Assembly (NCBI GenBank): GCA_002269645.1
Contig: NIVC01003934.1
Location: 1 to 64,000, forward strand
DNA length: 64,000 nucleotides
Direction: 5' to 3'
Source of the DNA: Macrostomum lignano
Taxonomy: Eukaryota
Shown here one piece after another: positions 13,681 through 25,935 of this stretch. The notes under the pieces were generated by a model. The model made no database searches, was not told the origin of the DNA, and was given only the letters and a program-made list of their open reading frames with translations. How positions within the stretch are numbered: position 1 is the first letter of the stretch; every line of letters starts with the position of its first letter. A program made the position numbers and the translations under genes.

Positions 13681-16600
13681 CATCCATCCATCAATCCATC
13701 CATCAATCAATCAATCAATCCATCCATCCATCAATCAATCGATCGATCAATCAATCAATCAATCAAAAACTAACTTTAACAATGCACGGATTGTTCCACT
13801 GGTCCTTCTTGGCGCCATTGATGGTGCACAAGTGGACGACATTCCTGCCGTCAACGTCAACAGCGGAAATGTCGGCTCCGGAGCAGAACAGCGTGACCAG
13901 ACAGTCGAATGCGCTCTTCCGGGCTGCAAGCAGCAAGGCTGTGTTATCCTGGTTGTCCTGGATCGCTGCCCTGCAGTGCGAAAGTAATTTTCAGCATTTG
14001 AGTTGGCCATCTCAATTATCAGTTAGGTTGACCGCTTCTTAGATAACTTCATCGCGTTCTTAGATAAGGCCTCACCTTAGAGAGCAGGAACTTGACCAGC
14101 TCAGATTGGTTGAACATCACGGCCTTGTGCAGCGGCGTGTGTCCGTTCTTGTCCCGGTGGGCCAACACGTCGCGCACCTTCTTAGGCTGGAATTCGAACA
14201 TCATCTGGACCATCTCCAGTTCGCCTTTCAGACAGGCGAAGTGTACCGGTGTGCTCGAATCATCCTGCTCGGTGTCGATGTCAGCCTCGAGCTCCAGGCA
14301 GAGCCTCACGGCGTTCGGGTCGCCGCAGTTCACCGCAGCGTGCAGGGGGACATTGCCCTCGAGGTCGCGATAGTTGATCACCTGCTTGCGACTGATTCCG
14401 TGCTTCTTCTGGCAGAAATCAGCGATTAGGCTGAGGCATTTGGCGCTGCTGTTCGTGACGGCAATGTGCGACGGGAACTGACCGAAGTTGTCCGGCTTGC
14501 ACGGCTGGCATTCCCAGCTATTGCGCGCAGCTATTGCGCGATGCATCTGAAGGCTGCGTACGGCTGTTCAGTCCATGGACTGGGGGGTCGCCACACACAC
14601 ACCGTTAATTACCCCCAGCTAATGCTGGCACCCATTTTACAGCTGGATGAACTGAAGCAATGCAGAATTAAGTGTCTTGCTCAAGGACACAAATTATTCC
14701 TGTGGTATCGGGAATCGAACCCCCGACCTTTCCGACGCTCTAACCACTAGGCTACAATCCCAATGCAGAGAAAAAAGTCGAAAAGCTGTGATAGTCTATA
14801 AAAGTTTTTAGAAAAGCTTTCCTCAATGCATCGACTTCCGTAGTGAGGGAAAGGATTCTGTTTGAGCACTGTAACCAACAACAATTGCTGTGTGACTTTC
14901 TCTAACTTTTCCTTTGTTGTCTCAGACAAAAGAATTCTTTTCAATGTGGGATTATGGTCAAGGTTCTACATAGCTAAGGTATATTTATTCTTGATCCAGA
15001 ATAATGAGTATGCATAGAATCCGATGGCTCAACTTCTTGATGAACTTCTCACATTCATCGATCGTCCACTTGCATAATTTCTTCCTTCTTCTTCTGGGGG
15101 CATGCAATCATAAGTGCAATTGCGAAACTCAAGAGAGGCAAACTTCTCAGCTTTAGGAACGGTGTATTATCCCTATTATTCAATTAATTTCTCTCGCCAT
15201 ATGCCGCGATGTTTACCCAAGGGTCATTAATTATCAAACGGCAGTGTGAAGCCTCTGAGAGAATTCTACCCCAGTATTCGCTGTCACCGTGTGATTTATG
15301 AATAAATTTGTGGGATATTTGGAGCCAATTTATTAATCAATTATCACTGACGGCTAATCGAAATTAGCTTGAAAGAGTACACATCAATAAAATATGACTA
15401 GGCGTTGTTTAGACATGCAATCTACTGATTTCACCTGTTTCAGTTGTCCCTAAGCAGAGGATGATACTATAGGATCCGCTTTGCCTTGCGTTTACCTCAT
15501 TCGAAGACACTTAATAAATACCTTTACTTCTATTGCTCTTATTATTTAGCTATTGCTCAGTCACTATTCTCAGGATGGTAGGATTTTTTACATGTTATTT
15601 CATTTGTAAGAAATTAATGTCGTATTATATTCAAGACTGCATGGACTACACATGGAATAAAATTTGTTGATAAATTCATATTTTATGTCTGATAAATTGA
15701 AAAAGATTGTAAGCCTTATTTTCGATGCCAATCGTAAATAAATGAATAGAAAAAGGGAAGAACCAACATTGATTTGATCACTAAAGCCGATTTTTTCTGT
15801 CACTTCTGTCCAGCGGCCTACGCAGAGGAGAGCCGGAGGTCAGGGGTGCCCACCAAGAGACAGGGCCGCCCACCAAGAGACAGGGGGCGCCCACCAAGAG
15901 ACAGGGGTGCCCACCAAGAGACAGGGGCGCCCACCAAGAGACAGGGCCGCCCACCAAGAGACAGGGGGGCCCACCAAGAGACAGGGGCGCTCATCAAGAG
16001 ACAGGGGCGCCCACTAAGAGACAGGGGTGCCCACCAAGAGACAGGGCCGCCCACCAAGAGACAGGGGGCGCCCACCAAGAGACAGGGGGTGCCCACAAAG
16101 AGACAGGGGTGCCCACCAAGAGACAGGGGTGCCCACCAAGAGACAGGGGCGCTCATCAAGAGACAGGGGCGCCCACCAAGAGACAGGGGTGCCCATCAAG
16201 AGACAGGGGCGCCCACTAAGAGACAGGGGTGCCCACCAAGAGACAGGGCCGCCCACCAAGAGACAGGGGGCGCCCACCAAGAGACAGGGGGTGCCCACAA
16301 AGAGACAGGGGCGCCCACCAAGAGACAGGGGTGCCCACCAAGAGACAGGGGCGCTCATCAAGAGACAGGGGCGCCCACCAAGAGACAGGGGTGCCCACCA
16401 AGAGACAGGGGTGCCCACCAAGAGACAGGGCCGCCCACCAAGAGACACGGGTGCCCACCAAGAGACAGGGGTGCCCACCAAGAGACAGGGGTGCCCACCA
16501 AGAGACAGGGCCGCCCACCAAGAGACAGGGGTGCCCACCAAGAGACAGGGGCGCCCACCAAGAGACAGGGGTGCCCACCAAGAGACAGGGGTGCCCACCA

Positions 16601-19600
16601 AGAGACAGGGCCGCCCATCAAGAGACAGGGCCGCCCACCAAGAGACAGGGACGCCCACCAAGAGAAAGTGGCGCCCACCAAGAGACAGGGCCGCCAACCA
16701 AGAGAAAGTGGCGCCCACCAAGAGACAGGGGTGCCCACCAAGAGACAGGGGCGCCCACTAAGAGACAGGGGCGCTCATCAAGAGACAGGGGCGCCCACTA
16801 AGAGACAGGGGTGCCCACCAAGAGATAGGGCCGCCCACCAAGAGACAGGGGGCGCCCACCAAGAGACAGGGGGTGCCCACAAAGAGACAGGGGCGCCCAC
16901 CAAGAGAAAGTGGCGCCCACCAAGAGACAGGGGCGCCCACCAAGAGACAGGGCCGCCCACCAAGAGACAGGGCCGCCCACCAAGAGACAGGGACGCCCAC
17001 CAAGAGAAAGTGGCGCCCACCAAGAGACAGGGCCGCCAACCAAGAGAAAGTGGCGCCCACCAAGAGACAGGGGTGCCCACCAAGAGACAGGGGCGCCCAC
17101 CAAGAGACAGGGGGTGCCCACCAAGAGACAGGGGCGCCCACCAAGAGACAAGGGCGCCCACCAAGAGACAGCGCCGCCCACCAAGAGACAGAGGCGCCCA
17201 CCAAGAGACAGGGGCGCCCACCAAGAGACAGGGGCGCCCACTCAAGAGGTCGAGAATCGAACCCCCGATTAAACTGTTGCCTTTCAAGGTAGCGGCCCCT
17301 CCAATTAAAATTCCTGCCCACGCCACAGCTTCTATCTATGATAATACATCGAGAGGTCTCTGAAAGGAGTAAAATATAAAAAATACAAAAAAATTAATCT
17401 TTACTTTTGTAAAGCTGAAGCCGAAAAAACTACGCATTCAAATGGGAATCGCATAGTCATTCTGCGTTCGTGTGTCTGTGAAACTTTCTGTTGAATAAGG
17501 GAGCTTTCCCTTAGAAAACCATAACGAAAAATTTAGAACAATAAATGTGAAAGATTTTATTTATTTATTTTATTTTTGAACGACCATACTGTAGACAAGT
17601 ATCGTCTGAAAAAGGCGATTACTCGTACTAAATTATAAGAAATAGGACCTTCGGGTAATACATCTAGCCCACTACAAAAACATCTAAATTTGTTTTTTTT
17701 GTAATTGTAACGGTAGTCCCTAAAAGTGTCATACGAGCTAATTTTGAGCACTGCATGACTTTGATTGAGCAGTTTTGTCTTGCTATAACCTTGCAGAAAT
17801 CGGGAGAAATTATACGGTAAGCATCTGTAAGAAGCAAATGTAATTTCTGTCCGTCCGTTGAATCAAGTCTCCAGACTCTCCAGACTCTCCAGACTCTCCA
17901 GACTCTCCAGACTCTCCAGACTCTCCAGACTCTCCAGACTCTCCAGACTATTCCTCTTCGCACCGGCTGTTGAATTGGATTTTATGCACCGCCGGAGCTC
18001 TGATGCCGCCGCCCTGATGTCCTGGATTAGCCTTGATCTCAGCAATGGTCCGAGTCTCCTCGGGATCCAATCGGAAGGTGAACCGCTGGACCAAGTTGGC
18101 CAGGAACAGGAACAGCTCCATTCGAGCGAGGCTCTCGCCTAGACAGGCCCTCTTGCCGATCCCAAAGGTGACCAGGTGTTCGTCTGGCGAGTAGCGACCT
18201 TCCTGGTCCAGGTGTCGCTCCGGCTGGAAACACTCCGGCTGGGGAAAGTGGTCGACGCTATTGTGCACGTTGAAAATGTTGAACAGCACCAGCGCGTCTT
18301 TGGGAATTTCGTAGCCGCACACCTTGGCAGTCTCAGTGCACCTGTGAGCGACGCCTAACTGAGCTAGACAGGCCATCCGGTTCACCTCATCGATCACGGC
18401 CTGGGTGTAGTGCAACTGGCTCTTGTCCTTCATTGTCACCTGTCGGTCTGAACCCACGACACGCTTGATTTCGTCCACAAGACGCTTCTCAACTTCTGGA
18501 TTCTCAATGAGAAACAGAATCGCCCAGCGGAGCGTCTGCGAGGTGGTGTCGGTGCCCGCTATGAAAAGGTCCAGCACAGCCAGGGAGAGTCGGACGTCGT
18601 TAAACTCGCTCGGATTAGATGCCTGTTGGTGCAAGAAGGCTTCGATGTAGTCTCTGGGGTGCTCCGGGCTGCCCAGGTCGGCTTTGTGCTTCTCAAGCTG
18701 CTTTCTACAGAATTTGATCAGCTCGCCAAATATGTTGATCTGCTTGCGGCGCAGTGCTATCACTAGACGCAGCAGAGGTTTAAGCTTCACATAGTAGTCC
18801 TGATGAAGCTGGAACACCATGCTGCGAGTCCGATTGTTCTGGCTCTGTGTAATTCGTTGAAACATCTCCAGGACGCGACCGAACTCCGGATCCTCCGAGG
18901 CCAGCCGAGTGCCGAAGACCATCTGGCAGATGACATTGCTGACGGCCGTGCTTAGCAATGGCACCGTGTCCAGTGGGAGCCCGGCTTGAATGCCCTGGTC
19001 TTCGATTCTCGATCGCAGCTCCTCCACCTCGCCCAGGATAATTTCCTCGGCTCCCTGACGTCCGAAGCCAAAGTCTCGAAGCGTTTTCAAGCTCAACCGT
19101 CGATAAAGACGCCACTGCTCATCCTCGCTTAGAATTATTCCCGCTTTCTCGCCGGTCAGCTCGGGCAGGATAAACGTTTGTTGACGCCCCAGAAACTTAT
19201 CACCCTGCGAGATGAAAGCATCTTTAATCGCTTCGTAAGTGTTTAAGCAGTAGAGCTTCTCCAGGCCCATGTAGAGAACTACAACAGGCTGCTTGGCGAA
19301 CTGCTTCTCGCTAAGGAACTCCTCCAGCGGCTCGCGCAGGAAAGGCAAACTGCCAACTAACGGGTACCAGCCTGGATTCGGCGGGTCGCCAGACTTCGGT
19401 GCCTTGGCCACGAGAACAAAGTACAGAACGAAAGCCAAGAGGCACAGTGAAACTGTTAAAAACATTATTCGCGTCTAAAGCTTAAAGAAATAACAAACTA
19501 ACGTTGTAAGTCTTGGAAAATTCTGGTAAGAAACCTTTTTTATAGTTAGACACCTCAGTTAGCACCTGAATTTTTTTCAACCCTATCGTTATGCACTAGA

Positions 19601-21879
19601 CTGCCGCTAAAGTTTTTACAGTGCACAAAAGATAAGGGTAGAAAAACCGGAGTAGAATAGAAAGAGAACGACAGGCAATGGAGTTAGCTGTACACGTGCA
19701 CGACACAGGTGTGCACAGATTTGACATTCAATTGAAGCAACACAGAATCACATACGAATATACTTTGGCTAAAAGTTTTGCTGGCGACGAGGGGGGCCGT
19801 AGCCCAGCGGTAGCGCAGCTGCTCTGGTGTGCCAGCGACCCAGGCTCGATTCCAAGTGCAGTCACATTAATTTGGGGCTGAATTGGAATCTCGGCTTGGC
19901 TCTGCTCGTGCAATTAACGGCCTTGAGAGCCAACCCCCCAAGGCACAGTGAAGTGTACATGCCTAACGATAATATAAAGTTAGGGCCGCTGTACACTCCT
20001 GTGTGAGTGTGTGCCTGCGTACGTATCCGCGCGCTTGTATGCCTGCTCAGGGGAGTCGGCAGAATGGGCAGTAATGCCTCTCGCCGGTTGTGTGCCTATG
20101 TCGCTTAAAGTGCGCCAGGGTGCACACAACCCCCCTGCCTCTAAAAAAATTTGCTGGTGACAGTTGACCAGCAACCCAGCGAAGGAGCAGGCGGTCATGC
20201 CTATTCCAGTAACATGCACATGGATGCGTACTCAGATATACAATTGTATAGCTAGGGTGCACCGTACAGCAGCCTTGTCGTTCCCATCGCCATGAACACA
20301 TGCGCATGGAATGGAACCTGTGTAGCTCACTAGCGCGAGAGTCAGTTGCCCTAATCTCTAAGCTAATTAACTCTCCATCACGGGCTGTACTATTAAACAA
20401 AGTTCGACAATCACTTTTGTTGCTTTCACAGCCAGACTCACCAGAAGTTGGCAGACATCGGCAGCATCTTTGCTGCAGGCGAAGTGCAACGCCGTGTAGC
20501 CATGGTAACCCTCCAGGTTGGCATTCCACTCGGGCGAGTCGCGAAGTGCTTGCAGGCACTCCACCCGGTTCAGCTCGGAGGCCAGGTGAACTGGCGCCTT
20601 GCGCTCTCTCACCGTGGCCAAGTTGACGTTGGCGCCCAGCTCAACCAACAGGCGGACAGTCTTCACCTGGTCCGCTTCGATGGCCTCGTACAGCGCCGTT
20701 TTACCTTCATTGTCTTGAAAGTCAATGTCTGAAAGAAAACGGAAGTTTTGGTGCAAACCGGTCAAGAGAATTAAAGATTAATAAATATTTTACTTTTGAA
20801 ACTCACTGGCGCCTTCCTCAATCAGCAGGGCGATGATGCTGGTCTGACCGGCTTTGGCGGCCACGTGCAGGAGGCTCTGTCCGTGCTCATTGGTGGTCTC
20901 GATGGCCTCAGAGTTGCCGTCGAATATCTGTCGAAGCTCGTCCGCCATACCAGAGACTGCGCACTGTGGTAAGGATGTGAGAATATAGGACTCTGTAGTT
21001 CAGTAGTGAAGCATTAAGCATATATTCGTATTTAGCTACTTCCATTCTTCCAACTCCCGAGAACGTATACGTGTTCATACTCAAAAAGGATGCACAGCGG
21101 CCCCCACCTTTCTCATCGTCACACCTTGTGCCGGATTTAGGGATTTTTCCGAGGTGGTCAGCCGACTCCCTTGACCACCCCTATGGATCCGCCTGTATAA
21201 CTTATACCAATAGCTACCGACTGTGCCCCGGGGGGTTAATCTCAAGAAAAAGGCGTCGGTTAAGTTTCATACACGCAAACCTCGAGTATTGAATTCGAAC
21301 CTTCCAAAAGTGCATCAACCGCTAAATTATTCTGCTTTCTCTTTGCAGCTACATTTACATATTTTCAGTACATAAGCGTGGTCTATCTGACAAAAGAGCT
21401 AGAACACCCAAAAACATACACTAAGAAAAACTTAAAGAGTCGCCGCTAAAGTATTAAAGTACTCCTCTGGTAATTCTCGAAAAGTACTAAAAGAAATATG
21501 TCACAAATATTAGGTATACCTGGAACAGGTGCGCTGCTGTGACATTCGGTAAGCTGCTAGTCGACAGCAGCTGCATGTTAACGTCGCTGCCAGGGTTCGA
21601 CTTTATCGTCGGCGCAACGGCAGCGCCGGTTGCAGCGAGGGCGGCGTGCTCGCCGCCAGCAGGTCCGGTCGACGGCATAGCTATCGCCGTTTGAACTTTC
21701 GTTCCAACAGTGTTGGTCTTCTTCAACAGTGATATGCCGCTGTAGACAACGGCGGTTCTGTGTATACCTGCTAGAGCTGGGAACGATTTCTTCTCCCGGC
21801 CAGAACTCTCAAGCTGTCTGCTTTTATCCTCCACATCCGTAGCCTGCCAAGACTGGCTACTATTTTGCTCCGTTGCCAT
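9141..21879 (-). CDS. TRPA1: TRPA1-like channel gene, ankyrin and pre-S1 exons only, with apparent lesions (possibly pseudogenising). Exons: 21879-21520, 20963-20807, 20728-20442, 14546-14076, 13970-13775, 13537-13194, 12349-12235, 11597-11349, 10127-10089, 9382-9284, 9211-9141
   Basis: GT-AG exons give a long ankyrin array followed by TRPA1-specific pre-S1 motifs: RW.E.L...CPVFECIQYLPE, ALDRSI, VYDFSLLQ, MVNLNRVSLLTHPLCEAYLSMKW (compare human RIELLNHPVCKEYLLMKW, recalled). S1-S6 exons were not found in the window. Confidence 0.88.
9502..10006. mobile_element. hAT-like MITE carrying a short 20-bp CACCAAGAGACAGGG.CGCC minisatellite
   Basis: Ends CAGTGACGTGCGTAG / TGCGTAGGTTTACTG. Same internal unit and same subterminal CTCCAATT..AATTCCTG as 15811-17328. 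No TSD seen. Confidence 0.6.
10900..11048. repeat. ~30-bp minisatellite (GGGAATTACTGAGATGTCGAGGCTTACTGG), ~5 copies
   Basis: Directly visible. Confidence 0.85.
12800..13152. repeat. GA-rich tract ending in a hAT/Charlie-like terminus shared with 46490-47020
   Basis: 13081-13150 matches 46950-47020 (GGCCGGATAGAGAGGCTTCGCGGGCCGG...TTTGCCGATCCC / TTTTCGACCCCTG). No left TIR was identified. Confidence 0.55.
13613..13765. repeat. (TCAA/TCCA)n microsatellite in a TRPA1 intron
   Basis: Directly visible. Confidence 0.95.
14510..14761 (-). mobile_element. tRNA-derived SINE family 1 (CORE-like), 3'-truncated, fused to a TRPA1 exon
   Basis: A box TAGCCTAGTGG and B box GGTTCGATTCC. Aligns with copies at 47718-47971 and 62699-62970. 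Confidence 0.85.
15811..17328. mobile_element. hAT-like MITE with a massively expanded 20-bp minisatellite (~70 copies, ~15845-17240)
   Basis: Imperfect TIRs CAGCGGCCTACGCAG / CTGCCCACGCCACAG. 8-bp flanks CTTCTGTC (15803-15810) and CTTCTATC (17329-17336) match 7/8. Confidence 0.75.
17868..17947. repeat. 9-bp minisatellite (TCTCCAGAC)9 abutting the P450 stop codon
   Basis: Directly visible. Confidence 0.95.
17948..19465 (-). CDS. Intronless cytochrome P450, CYP2 clan, 505 aa, nested in TRPA1 intron 3
   Basis: N-terminal anchor and PPNPGWYP hinge, I-helix AGTDTTS, K-helix EVNR, PERH meander, heme motif FGIGKRACLG. Uninterrupted ORF. Confidence 0.95.
   Translation of the reverse strand: MFLTVSLCLLAFVLYFVLVAKAPKSGDPPNPGWYPLVGSLPFLREPLEEFLSEKQFAKQPVVVLYMGLEKLYCLNTYEAIKDAFISQGDKFLGRQQTFILPELTGEKAGIILSEDEQWRLYRRLSLKTLRDFGFGRQGAEEIILGEVEELRSRIEDQGIQAGLPLDTVPLLSTAVSNVICQMVFGTRLASEDPEFGRVLEMFQRITQSQNNRTRSMVFQLHQDYYVKLKPLLRLVIALRRKQINIFGELIKFCRKQLEKHKADLGSPEHPRDYIEAFLHQQASNPSEFNDVRLSLAVLDLFIAGTDTTSQTLRWAILFLIENPEVEKRLVDEIKRVVGSDRQVTMKDKSQLHYTQAVIDEVNRMACLAQLGVAHRCTETAKVCGYEIPKDALVLFNIFNVHNSVDHFPQPECFQPERHLDQEGRYSPDEHLVTFGIGKRACLGESLARMELFLFLANLVQRFTFRLDPEETRTIAEIKANPGHQGGGIRAPAVHKIQFNSRCEEE
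19793..20150 (+). mobile_element. tRNA-derived SINE family 2, copy with head
   Basis: A box TAGCCCAGCGG and B box GGCTCGATTCC. The body is repeated in inverted orientation at 53180-53330 and 3640-3800. Confidence 0.7.
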
Positions 21880-22858
21880 GGCGACGAAGCAACGTAGGAC
21901 CAACGAAACGCGCGCGCGCCAATCTATTATAATCACTCTCTCAACTCTCACCACTCTTATCCGCCTTTAACTGGATCGCTAATTGAATCAAGCAATTGTG
22001 TTTGGTACACAACTATACACCGGCCGCTGAGTTGGCTTTTGCTCCGTGATCCGCAGTCCAGTTTTCGTACACGCGACTACTGCCAAATCAATAGAAAAGT
22101 TCTTGGAGAACGATGGATCAAATTGATTAAACGCGAGCTCTAATCTAACATAATTTATGATAATAATTGCAATTTTGATGCAATTGTCTCTCTGCCAGTC
22201 GGTAATTGGGGTCAGTTGACCGCGGTTTCTGCTGTTGTTTTGGAGCTTCACAAGAAATTTTGACTATGCCGTATGGACACAATTAAAACAACCAGAGTTG
22301 AAGAAGCACTCACCTGCTATAGTAAACTCCTGGACTCCCGTCTGAAATCGGTCAGTGCAGAGCTACGGCTAGTTAAGTGTAAAAATCAATCTGGTTTTAT
22401 GAGCCTTTTTAGTTGCTGGGCCAGCTAGCAGTTAGGGAGAAATCGAGATGTGTGACGATAAGCCAGGGAATCGGATGTTACATTAGCCTGATTGGGTCAC
22501 TGTGCCGGCAGTTACGTATATTGGCTTCTATGCTAGCGCCAATGTTGATTTAGTTTACGAACGACTGTTAGTCTGGCCAGTCGACACGGAGCTGACTAGA
22601 AATACTATTGACTTACATGCACGATTTTCGAGTTAACTGCTATCGCTGCGAGTGAGCTGAGCACATCATACTTATCCACTAATCCGCTCTGACAGCTCGA
22701 AATCGAAATCATTCGTTACTTTTGTTTCAAAGAGTCTCCTGAGACTCTCTGTGTCTATCTGATTTTGAAAGGACGAATCAGCATACAAGCTTGTTTATGT
22801 TTAATTGAGTTTTATTTGAAAACGTCGTGTATGCTCGTATCAACTACTGTCAGTAGCC

Positions 22859-23083
<225 letters not shown>

Positions 23084-24629
23084 ACTCGACCATATAAAGC
23101 CAATCAGGTTGACAAATTAGTTGGTAAGTTGGTAAGCCCATAGACACCACTGAATTTTGCCTTAGAATAGATTTTTTTGTATCAAGTATCGGTAATTTAG
23201 TCATTTTCGCAAGTCGTAAAAAGGGCAGGAATATGCTAGAAACTCTACTTATTACAAGTAGCAAGATAAGCGTGCTAGGTAAGAATCAGACGTATTAATC
23301 AAAATTAAGAATCAATAAAACGAAAAAGCATTTAAATTGGACACAAAAACACGAATATTTAAAAATTTAAATCTCGAAGTTTTACAACTTGCAAACTATT
23401 TATCGGGATGATAGCCATGGGGCATGCGATCTCCCATTTATTCAAGTAACATTTTTAACAAATCAACCCAATTGGCTGTCAGAATTCCTCAGCCAATCAA
23501 CGAGCTCTCAAGCCTAAACACGTTTCCATCCACAAAGCCTTTTCATAGGCACAGATACTGAGAGAGTAAAAAATCTGTTGCAATAAGGCAGCCAAGTCTT
23601 CAATTTGGGCCGAACCAGCTCGTGGTTGCATCAAAACGGTACAGCTAATGGAGCGAGAGCGAGAAATGCAACTGTACATTTGAATTGACGCGGTTAGTTC
23701 AAAGAAAGATCTAGAAAACGATATAGCTCTCATTTGGACTTTTCCAACTTTCCCTAGAGTTGTCAGGTAAGAATCATTTCTAGCAGGTGCTCTTACTTAT
23801 TGGATATCTCCATTTGCATTGTTAGCTATCCTATTCCTAACCTGCATGCTAATATAATTAGACTAATTAGCAATGAAACTATATGAACTGCGAGATCACC
23901 TAAATGAATTATTAGCTCATTTTATCAAAGTAGCTAGCAATCAGTGCTTTCCTGACTGGCACTCCGTGACCATCTCCATGTGATCGAGTCTGTGGATGTG
24001 ATTAAGGTGGAAATAAGCCATTTTCATGCCAGCGTCTGTTATGGACTGGTACCCTCTTTCTGGTTGTCCAACTAAAAAGACATTCAAAAGTCCAAATGCC
24101 TATCACTACCATTAAAGATCAGAGTTCAGACTAGAACGCGGTTTTATAACCAAACCCCTCTTTGACCTGACTTTTCGGCCTCAGCTAATATTGAAGTTTC
24201 CAACAACTGGAGAGAGATAAGTAAGACACGTCACGACTTTAGAGTGGTGGGCGGACTGCCAACTAATGAGAATAGGTCGTACAATCTTGGATAGATATTT
24301 TTATATTGCCTGACTGAGCAGTGATCTACATATCGCGTCAAATTCAAACCGCTCCAAGTCCAAGGCTATTTTGACTTTGTCAAAGATAAGTCCCTGTCCG
24401 AATCTTGAATGGGATCTTAATTAGGATATAAATTTGAGCAAGCTCAATTTACGTATGACGTTGCTATTTACATGAAGGTCTGATGCGTAGGTGGTTTCCT
24501 GGAATAGCTCAGGCACACACTGCTCTGCTATTCCTTAGCTTGAATATTGATAGCACGCTTGTTCGAATGAAGTTATACACTTGAAACTTAGTAAATTTGT
24601 GTAAATAGGCACTAAACAGATATAGAAAA

Positions 24630-25935
<1,306 letters not shown>

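Noticed and set aside
15774-17363. 529-aa PTKRQG/DRGAHQET ORF and the many overlapping ORFs
   Set aside because: Translation of a 20-bp non-coding minisatellite inside a MITE; open in several frames on both strands, with no proper start or domain.
17868-17950. Readthrough of the P450 stop into an (SGE)n tail
   Set aside because: The repeat is in frame, but there is no evidence of a readthrough context and the P450 C-terminus is complete.
21127-21192. Mini-MITE with GGATCCGCCTG end
   Set aside because: Only one convincing terminus and no TSD.
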